Source: a virus
DNA: 45,659 nucleotides
Strand: one strand, 5' to 3'
Virus record (IMG/VR): IMGVR_UViG_3300009285_000019
Coordinates: 1-45,659 of that record
The translations under genes were made by a program, and so were the position numbers. The notes under the pieces were generated by a model. The model did no database searches and had not been told where the DNA came from. It worked only from the letters and a program-made list of their open reading frames with translations. Positions 9,586 to 15,676 of the stretch are shown one piece after another. Positions within the stretch are counted from its first letter, which is position 1. Each line of letters starts with the position of its first letter.

Positions 9586-9747
9586 ATGCAACATAACAAC
9601 GAGATCACTTGGGGTGTGGTGTGGTGGATCGCTGCTTTTACTGTTGGAGCACTAGCGATTTGGAAGTGGGGCGTACCGTCTAGCGCCATAGTGTTAGTCT
9701 TAGTGGTCTGGGTCATAATAGAGCACCTAAGGAAGGTTAATAAGTAA
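9586..9747 (+). CDS. Small protein with two predicted transmembrane segments (53 aa), a holin candidate.
   Basis: GGAGGG lies 5 nt before the ATG at 9586. Two hydrophobic stretches are present (WGVVWWIAAFTVGALAIW and AIVLVLVVWVII), followed by a charged C-terminus. No adjacent endolysin was recognised. Confidence 0.4.
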   Translation: MQHNNEITWGVVWWIAAFTVGALAIWKWGVPSSAIVLVLVVWVIIEHLRKVNK

Positions 9748-10455
9748 ATGGCAAACCAGGGCTTTTGGGCCGACGCTGATGGTCTTGAAGGCACTGCTGA
9801 CCGCTTAAACGCAGGCATGTTACAATACGATATTGCTGCTAACCGGCCCGCAGCTGGTCAAACAGGTCGCCTCTTTTGGGATACCACCAACAACCGCTTA
9901 GAGCGAGACAACGGCGCTACATGGGATATTATATTCAGTTCTGATCCCGCTGCTGCGACCGCTGGTCTTCGTACTATTGGTACTAGCGCCGTTCAAGCGT
10001 CGGCGGGTAATCATGTACATACCCAAACAGATGTCACTAATGATTCTACACTTCCTACACCAACCACAATAGGCTTCAACACTAGTATGCTTTTTGATAT
10101 GGGGACTTCGTATGGTAACGCAATATCCGTTGCTCATACTCCTGGTTCTGCTACCCGTTCGGTAGTAATCTTTGGGTCTTTAACCATTGGAGACCGTTCG
10201 GATACTGGCGTAGATGCAGAGTTCTCTGTAGAACTGCGTGTAGATGGTGCTCAGGTAGCTGTCTACACTGGTACAGTACCAGACTGGGATGCTATCACTA
10301 TCTCACTAAAAACTTATTTAATTAGTGTAGTACAGTTTAACCTTAGTGCGGCGGCTCATACTTATGAACTTAGGTCAAAGTGTAATACTGGCGGTAGTGA
10401 GGTTATTGGGATATTCGGTCAATCCATTGGTTTTAGGGAGTTGAGCCTTCAATAA
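9748..10455 (+). CDS. Tail fibre protein (235 aa).
   Basis: N-terminal motif RPAAGQTGRLFWDTTNNRLERDNGATWD...LRTIGTSAVQASAGNHVH is typical of phage fibre N-termini. It lies at the end of the tail module. Confidence 0.6.
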   Translation: MANQGFWADADGLEGTADRLNAGMLQYDIAANRPAAGQTGRLFWDTTNNRLERDNGATWDIIFSSDPAAATAGLRTIGTSAVQASAGNHVHTQTDVTNDSTLPTPTTIGFNTSMLFDMGTSYGNAISVAHTPGSATRSVVIFGSLTIGDRSDTGVDAEFSVELRVDGAQVAVYTGTVPDWDAITISLKTYLISVVQFNLSAAAHTYELRSKCNTGGSEVIGIFGQSIGFRELSLQ

Positions 10456-10484
10456 CTTAGTAAAAGTAGTAGTGAGGTCTAACT

Positions 10485-10760
10485 ATGCCTAACCAAGGCC
10501 CATGGGCTGCTGCTACTCTTGGTAGCGCCGACTTGCTCAACGCCAGCTTGCTACAGTCAGGTACAACCGCTGCTCGCCCCGACGCAAGCGCATCTAATGT
10601 GGGCATGAAGTACTGGGATACCACTGTTGCGGAGCTACAGCGTAGTAATGGAGCAGCATGGGATACAGTAGTGGATTCTAACGGAGGCGCTGCTGTGCCA
10701 TCCCTGAGGACCCTTGGTATCGGAGCATCACAAGCAGCTGTGGGCAACCACACACATTAA
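10485..10760 (+). CDS. Fibre N-terminal-module paralogue, truncated (91 aa, ends ...AAVGNHTH).
   Basis: It shares the motif order of 9748..10455 (RP..A...G..WDT...L.R.NGA.WD...LRT.G...QAA.GNH.H) and stops exactly where the longer paralogue continues. Confidence 0.5.
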   Translation: MPNQGPWAAATLGSADLLNASLLQSGTTAARPDASASNVGMKYWDTTVAELQRSNGAAWDTVVDSNGGAAVPSLRTLGIGASQAAVGNHTH

Positions 10761-10778
10761 AACATAATAGTTAAATAA

Positions 10779-10843
10779 GTGGCGCTGGAAGCTAAGGATG
10801 AGGTTCCCCTCCTAGCCGAGTCCTTAAGCGACCCCAGCGCCAC
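10779..10843 (+). terminator. Long imperfect stem-loop at the end of the + strand late operon (outer stem GTGGCGCTGG / CCAGCGCCAC).
   Basis: The 10-bp outer arms at 10779..10788 and 10834..10843 were read directly, with further inner pairing. There is no clear U-tract. Confidence 0.35.
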
Positions 10844-10851
10844 CTTAATAT

Positions 10852-11031
10852 TCGTCATCTCCATCATCTCCATCATCTCCATCATCCCCATCATCCCCAT
10901 CATCCCCATCATCCCCATCATCTCCATCATCTCCATCATCCCCATCATCCCCATCATCCCCGTCATCTCCGTCATCTCCATCATCCCCATCATCCCCATC
11001 ATCTCCATCATCTCCATCATCTCCATCATCC
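10852..11031. repeat. Tandem repeat, 9-mer ccatcatcy, 20 copies with T/C and A/G variant positions.
   Basis: Read directly. It fills the convergent gap between the + strand late operon and the - strand gene ending at 11036. Confidence 0.95.
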
Positions 11032-11035
11032 CCGT

Positions 11036-11938
11036 CTACCTGCCGGTACTGCCGAATCCCCCAGCGCCTCTAGCGGTCTCATCTAGTTTATCCACTATCA
11101 CTACTTGTGGGGTTGATATTGGGATGATTAGTAATTGGGCAAGCCTATCGCCTTTGTCCACCCGATGCTCCACTGGTAGCAGATTTTTGGCCCCAATAAA
11201 TAATTCTCCTCTGTACTCGGCGTCTATCGTACCCTCAAATATCAGTAGTCTCCTATTAAACCACGCAGATGATCTCCCCCTAAGTATGCCCACATACCCA
11301 ACAGGGATAGCCACTGATACCCCAGTAGGAACTAAGGTGAAATCATCAGGCCCGATGATGATAGTTTTAGAGACAACCAGATCCAGGCCAGCGCTAGTTG
11401 GATAGGCCCTTTGTGGTGGGGTGGCCTCCGAAGTCAAGGAGATTAATAGCGGTGGCACACTTAGAGCCGGTCTTGGCAACGTCGTCGTGGAGTTGTCCAG
11501 ATTCGCTGGATTTTTATTAGGTGCCTTAAGCAGTTTTTTCACCACTGCTATTGCTTCGTCCACGGTTTCCACCCACTCAATGCGGGTATCCCTTGTGTAT
11601 GGGCTATTAGTAGGCCCACCAGGACGCCTCGCCACTACAGGAACGCCAAGGGATACCGCCAGCTGGACCTCCCGCACCGTGCCAACAGACCTAAAATCCA
11701 GGTCTGCTATCACTACATCGGATATGGCTAGAATCTGCTCATTAGCCACAATAATGCGCTGTCCAACATCGCCCGGATCTAAGGCCGGGCGACACATGAA
11801 TCCAAGGTCTGGGCGGTAGCAAGTGACGCCAAGCGCTTGGATATCAATAGACACCAAGTGCCGCCAGTTAGACATTGCAACGCCTTCGGCATTTATTGGA
11901 CCTGCCACATATGCTAGCACTTGCGACCTCCTAGGCAT
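11036..11938 (-). CDS. dut: Fusion protein: an N-terminal nucleoside 2-deoxyribosyltransferase / Rcl (DNPH1)-like domain and a C-terminal trimeric dUTPase.
   Basis: All five dUTPase motifs are present in the C-terminal half (SAGLDL; GRSS; GTIDAEYRGEL; GDRLAQLLI; RGAGGFGSTGR). The N-terminal half reads YVAGPI...DVVIADLDFRSVGTVREVQLAVSLGVPVV, which matches the NDT/Rcl Rossmann pattern. Confidence 0.85.
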   Translation of the reverse strand: MPRRSQVLAYVAGPINAEGVAMSNWRHLVSIDIQALGVTCYRPDLGFMCRPALDPGDVGQRIIVANEQILAISDVVIADLDFRSVGTVREVQLAVSLGVPVVARRPGGPTNSPYTRDTRIEWVETVDEAIAVVKKLLKAPNKNPANLDNSTTTLPRPALSVPPLLISLTSEATPPQRAYPTSAGLDLVVSKTIIIGPDDFTLVPTGVSVAIPVGYVGILRGRSSAWFNRRLLIFEGTIDAEYRGELFIGAKNLLPVEHRVDKGDRLAQLLIIPISTPQVVIVDKLDETARGAGGFGSTGR

Positions 11939-11962
11939 TAATTAGTAGGTGTTGATTAGCGC

Positions 11963-13093
11963 TTAGTGAAGCTCGTCAAGCAATAACTCAGCAACAGGCA
12001 CGATCACTCCAGGGCCAACACCCACCCACCTCACAGGCGCTCCCACATCTTGCTCCACTTTATCCAGCAACGTGGCAATCTTGCGGCGCATATTTGGAGT
12101 GAACATTTCTGGAGCAACGCCAGCCAATTCTGGAACCTTGTAGTCTACCATAGTGAGACATATTGCATCCGGCTTGCATACATCTCTGAACTTGCGGGCC
12201 AGGACTGGATCCCACTCACCTACCCTGCGTATCCGGTTGGTGACGGTGGTGCGTTCTGGCTGAACCAACCCATTGGTGCGGGCCGCTAACTCTGCCCACG
12301 TTATTTCTTTATACATCCCACCAGAATTGCCCGCTACCCTGATGGGGTATGTCCTCATTACCCCAATGACATGATAGTTCCTTTGCCCACCCAACCCAGC
12401 GTCGTTTAGGGCTTGGGCGGGAGTGATGTCGGCTGATGTGACCTGTGGGTAGTTATTGGAGTAGGTGAGGGATAACCCAAATCCTTGGGTTGACTCCACC
12501 ACGATTGATTGCATACCCACCAGGCGATCCGACACAATGACTCCGTCGGTGTGTAGTGAGTATTGTGTGCGATTCCCCCACAGTGTCGCTGACCTCATAA
12601 TCCTTGCGGCTCTAGCCGCACCCACACCTTCTAGGGTGCTGCCGATCTTGGTCCACATGTCGGCGGACGCCTCAACCATGGCGTGCTCTTCTGTGATTAT
12701 CACAGCCGAGAGATCAATGTGCAGGATTGGTCCGTTATTGGCCGGTACGATCTTGCGATGACCGCTGCGGATGATATTACCCATCTCACTATTAAGAACA
12801 CTAATATTCACCAATGCCCCAGGCCCAAGGAATAACTCAGCGGGGGTGTGCCAAGCGCAAGGGATATGGCGCATCTTAAACGCCGTGCGCTCCGCCATAC
12901 CATTATTGATGGTCATGGTATGGCCGGCGTTTGGCCCCCCAACTCTTACCACAGCTGATGGGTTATAAGCCGATGCGTACCAAGCGGTGAGTTCACCTTT
13001 CCCCTCCGACCCGAACTGTCCTCCCATAATAATGGTGACATCGGGACCAGTTTCTGGCTGGGAAAGTTGTCTTATTGGCATTATTGGCATCAT
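11963..13093 (-). CDS. purZ: Adenylosuccinate synthetase (PurA) family homologue, short and phage-type, PurZ-like.
   Basis: It aligns by eye to E. coli PurA: GGQFGSEGKG vs GTQWGDEGKG, VVRVGGPNAGHT vs VVRYQGGHNAGHT, IGSTLEGVG vs IGTTGRGIG, STQGFGLSL...YPQVTS vs GAQGTLLDID..YPYVTS, and TTVTNRIRRVGEW vs ATTGRRRRTGWL. It is 376 aa versus about 430 aa for bacterial PurA. The start overlaps the upstream gene as ATGA. Confidence 0.8.
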   Translation of the reverse strand: MMPIMPIRQLSQPETGPDVTIIMGGQFGSEGKGELTAWYASAYNPSAVVRVGGPNAGHTMTINNGMAERTAFKMRHIPCAWHTPAELFLGPGALVNISVLNSEMGNIIRSGHRKIVPANNGPILHIDLSAVIITEEHAMVEASADMWTKIGSTLEGVGAARAARIMRSATLWGNRTQYSLHTDGVIVSDRLVGMQSIVVESTQGFGLSLTYSNNYPQVTSADITPAQALNDAGLGGQRNYHVIGVMRTYPIRVAGNSGGMYKEITWAELAARTNGLVQPERTTVTNRIRRVGEWDPVLARKFRDVCKPDAICLTMVDYKVPELAGVAPEMFTPNMRRKIATLLDKVEQDVGAPVRWVGVGPGVIVPVAELLLDELH

Positions 13094-13416
13094 CTTATGC
13101 TCCTTGCTACTAGTAATTCGTGGTATACCGCACCCCGTTCACGCCACGCTTGGAAGCAGTAAAATAGGGCGTCTATAAGCTCCTCTGCCAAGTTGCTTAA
13201 CGGGTCACCCTGAAACGTATCGCCGTAGGTTTTCCGCCCCGCAGTCTGACGGGACACCATAAGGTCACCAACCCATCTTAGGTATTCCATCCTGTCGTCT
13301 GAACTGAGGATACGCCAATCAGACGACAGGACCACACCAACAACGGCGGCATCACGATCACGATATGGAATACCACGATATGGAATACCGCTACTGGTAT
13401 CGCTGTTGCTATGCAT
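13090..13416 (-). CDS. Possible MazG-like / all-alpha NTP pyrophosphohydrolase, a MazZ candidate.
   Basis: The segment RKTYGDTFQG.DPLSNLAEELIDALFYCF resembles the K..YG....E..D...Y helix pair of MazG-like phage proteins, judged by eye only. It overlaps purZ-like by 4 nt. ATG at 13416 is preferred over the track GTG at 13431. Confidence 0.4.
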   Translation of the reverse strand: MHSNSDTSSGIPYRGIPYRDRDAAVVGVVLSSDWRILSSDDRMEYLRWVGDLMVSRQTAGRKTYGDTFQGDPLSNLAEELIDALFYCFQAWRERGAVYHELLVARSIR

Positions 13417-13552
13417 GGTATAGCGCCTCACTTTCCGTTTGTGTCTTTGCCTTCGCCGCTACCCACGTCTCCCGTGCCGCCCCCGCCTCCTTAGCCACCC
13501 ACGCTTCCCACGCCTCCTTCGCCATCGCTCTCAGCCGGTCGTTCATTGTCAT
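13409..13552 (-). CDS. Small ORF not in the track (47 aa, MTMNDRLRAMAKEAWEAWVAKEAGAARETWVAAKAKTQTESEALYHA).
   Basis: Translated by hand. TAGGAGAACCAGCC precedes the ATG at 13552, and the stop overlaps the ATG at 13416 of the next gene. Confidence 0.4.
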   Translation of the reverse strand: MTMNDRLRAMAKEAWEAWVAKEAGAARETWVAAKAKTQTESEALYHA

Positions 13553-13581
13553 GGCTGGTTCTCCTAGCCTGCATTGGCTTG

Positions 13582-14046
13582 TCAGTTATTCGCCCGCAAT
13601 GCTTTGTCAGCTATGACCCAACTATCATAGCTGCTCTTGCAAGCTGCGTGCTTGCACGTTTCAAACTCCGGACAGACCCTACCCTGCTCCGACTTGATTT
13701 TAGCGAGGGCTTCTCTGAGCACCTTTATCATCGGGGGAGGACTCACTTGTTCTTTGGGGGGCTGCCGCACACTGTCTACTGCCTGGGTCGTAGACACGGC
13801 CTCGTAAGTCAAATCAAATACATCCGGTTTGCACAGATAAAGCTCCCCCCTCACGCCCCGTATAATCCAATCGCCTATCTGTGCCTTCATGTTACCTTCT
13901 AATGTTTGTATATAGAGGCCGTCAAGCACCCCCGTCCTATCACGACTCAAAGCAAACACAACCCTCGCCCATACGCATATCGCACCAACATTCCATCCCT
14001 GGAAACGCATGGCCTCCACGACTACTGGCCTTTTGCGGTACTTCAT
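13582..14046 (-). CDS. Hypothetical protein (154 aa).
   Basis: ORF track, AGGGAAGG RBS, within the - strand early block. Confidence 0.65.
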   Translation of the reverse strand: MKYRKRPVVVEAMRFQGWNVGAICVWARVVFALSRDRTGVLDGLYIQTLEGNMKAQIGDWIIRGVRGELYLCKPDVFDLTYEAVSTTQAVDSVRQPPKEQVSPPPMIKVLREALAKIKSEQGRVCPEFETCKHAACKSSYDSWVIADKALRANN

Positions 14047-14064
14047 CTACGGTACCTTCCCTTA

Positions 14065-14460
14065 CTAGTCTCTCAGTAACTCTGAAAGTTGTCGCCCAAT
14101 TTCGGTCAACAGCGGCTCATCATCTGCAAAAGGTCCCCTTTCACGCTTCAGGAGAGCTTTCTTCTGCTCAGGCGTCATATCTAATACGGTGTAAGCAGGG
14201 TTGGGTTCGCTCATGAGACCCCCTTGGGCCATCACATGGAGGAAATGCTCCACTTGCGGACTGTAGGGTGGTTGTCCCTCCCGTGTATCAAAGGAGATTC
14301 GCCGAAAGGCTAGAGGCAAATCCGCCAAGTACTGTTTCCTGAGTTGGTAAATGGCCTCGTGCCATTTTGCAGGATCGGCGGTGAAGGTGTTATGCTTGTC
14401 TGGCTCCTGGAGAGCCAGCGCAAGACCGAGGGCATCCACGTAGCTCCAATACTTACTCAT
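14065..14460 (-). CDS. Hypothetical protein (131 aa).
   Basis: ORF track, GGGAGGAG RBS. Confidence 0.65.
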   Translation of the reverse strand: MSKYWSYVDALGLALALQEPDKHNTFTADPAKWHEAIYQLRKQYLADLPLAFRRISFDTREGQPPYSPQVEHFLHVMAQGGLMSEPNPAYTVLDMTPEQKKALLKRERGPFADDEPLLTEIGRQLSELLRD

Positions 14461-14668
14461 AGACTCCTCCCTTACTTGACGATAAGGTCAACTTACGCCT
14501 ACCATGATGTTTACTATAGAAATGATTGCCTAACTTACGTTCCCACAGCTGCATCGCCAACCTAGGAGCATACGGCTCCGGGAGGGGCTGTATGCCAAAA
14601 ACTTCTCCACACCAACCGCACCCAACAGGCACCGATAATCTAGCTATAACATCCTGCTCTGGAGTCAT
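14453..14668 (-). CDS. Hypothetical protein (71 aa).
   Basis: ORF track, AGAGGA RBS, 8-nt overlap with the downstream gene. Confidence 0.5.
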   Translation of the reverse strand: MTPEQDVIARLSVPVGCGWCGEVFGIQPLPEPYAPRLAMQLWERKLGNHFYSKHHGRRKLTLSSSKGGVYE

Positions 14669-14708
14669 ATTATTATCCTCTGTCTAGTTTATCTGGTTTG
14701 TCTGGTTC

Positions 14709-15065
14709 TTAACCCCCACAAACACAGTCGCAGCCCTGCGTGGCGCAATTTGGGTTGCTCTCAAGGCTTATGTTGTGGCTACCTACCAGACACCAAGCGC
14801 AGACCAACTGACACTCTGGGCTGCAATTTGATGGTGCTGCTACGAGCCGGTTTGGGTTTGTATTGACGCTCCCGTGGCGACTGCACTGGGCATCAACGCA
14901 TCTTCCGTTAGCGTCTGCCACTATCATTCCACAACCTTCACAGAGGCAGTACTGTAGTGCAAGGTTTGAGAATCGGAGTGCCGCACTAGACTGCGGAAGT
15001 GATAAATCAGTCCAGTGCAAAGGCGCATCAAGCTCCACCGAGCATTGCATGCAGAAATCAGCCAT
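14709..15065 (-). CDS. Cysteine-rich (zinc-finger-like) hypothetical protein (118 aa).
   Basis: ORF track, GGAGG RBS, and several CxxC pairs (CMQC, CEGC, CAWC). Confidence 0.55.
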   Translation of the reverse strand: MADFCMQCSVELDAPLHWTDLSLPQSSAALRFSNLALQYCLCEGCGMIVADANGRCVDAQCSRHGSVNTNPNRLVAAPSNCSPECQLVCAWCLVGSHNISLESNPNCATQGCDCVCGG

Positions 15066-15198
15066 GCGATACCTCCTTCCTTAAAAGAGCCGATACAACA
15101 CTCATATCAATTTCACAGCCCAATATTTGAAGTAACTCTGCTTGCACACCTATTAGTGCCTTAGCCCTATAGATAGCCAATTGACCTTGAATATCCAT
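15058..15198 (-). CDS. Small ORF not in the track (46 aa, MDIQGQLAIYRAKALIGVQAELLQILGCEIDMSVVSALLRKEVSHG).
   Basis: Translated by hand. AAGGAGGAAGGAG lies upstream of the ATG at 15198, and the stop overlaps the start of 14709..15065. Confidence 0.4.
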   Translation of the reverse strand: MDIQGQLAIYRAKALIGVQAELLQILGCEIDMSVVSALLRKEVSHG

Positions 15199-15230
15199 GT
15201 TACACTCCTTCCTCCTTGCGCCAATTCCGG

Positions 15231-15602
15231 CTACAATTTAGACCGCACCACTGTTACTGTCTCACCAACGGCGGTTCTTTCCGTGGCGGCGCTGATGGTG
15301 TCGGGTGATACTCCTAACTCTAGTAATTTGGTCTTAGATATACGCTCTTGCCCACCAGTGCGCTGGATGGTGAGCCGGTACTGCACCAGCCCATCACTAC
15401 TCACCACATTCACAGACTTGGCGTCGGGCGGCAAGTACTCCCTCAACGCCGGTATATATCTAATAAGAACATCACGCCAGCCCGACACCTCACCATCTGC
15501 AGCGTCCCTTAGATCCCTATATCTGGCCATCTCAGACGCTGCAACAAGTAAATCCTTGCCCATCTCGTCGTCTTGTTTTATGGTGATCATGGTTGTTGTC
15601 AT
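15231..15602 (-). CDS. Hypothetical early protein (123 aa from the internal ATG).
   Basis: The track ORF starts at 15632, only about 9 nt from the predicted transcription start. ATG at 15602 is preceded by CAGGAGCAACAGGAGCAACAAC. Confidence 0.6.
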   Translation of the reverse strand: MTTTMITIKQDDEMGKDLLVAASEMARYRDLRDAADGEVSGWRDVLIRYIPALREYLPPDAKSVNVVSSDGLVQYRLTIQRTGGQERISKTKLLELGVSPDTISAATERTAVGETVTVVRSKL

Positions 15603-15647
15603 GTTGTTGCTCCTGTTGCTCCTGTGCGGCATCTATCCAATACCACC

Positions 15648-15676
15648 ATTATATCACACCTTTAACGGGCTGTCAA
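15648..15676 (-). promoter_or_regulatory. Early promoter copy a: TTGACA-N17-TGaTATAAT.
   Basis: The reverse complement of 15648..15676 reads ttgacagcccgttaaaggtgtgatataat. Confidence 0.7.

Noticed and set aside
9748-10760. A diversity-generating retroelement (template/variable repeat pair) in the duplicated fibre N-termini.
   Set aside because: The two copies are similar only at the protein-motif level, not at the nucleotide level. There is no adenine-specific mismatch pattern and no reverse transcriptase ORF anywhere in the window.
10757-11405. Track ORFs 10757..11029 (-) and 10779..11405 (+), encoding MMEMMEMME... and ...ISIISIIPIIP... peptides.
   Set aside because: They are translations of the 9-mer x20 tandem array, which happens to lack stops. 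The + ORF then runs antisense through the well-supported dUTPase-fusion gene. Neither has an RBS.
13582-14460. A DatZ-like HD-domain dATPase among the ORFs next to the PurZ-like gene (13582..14046, 14065..14460, and also 25499..26011).
   Set aside because: None shows the H...HD...D metal-binding motif series. They are left as hypothetical.
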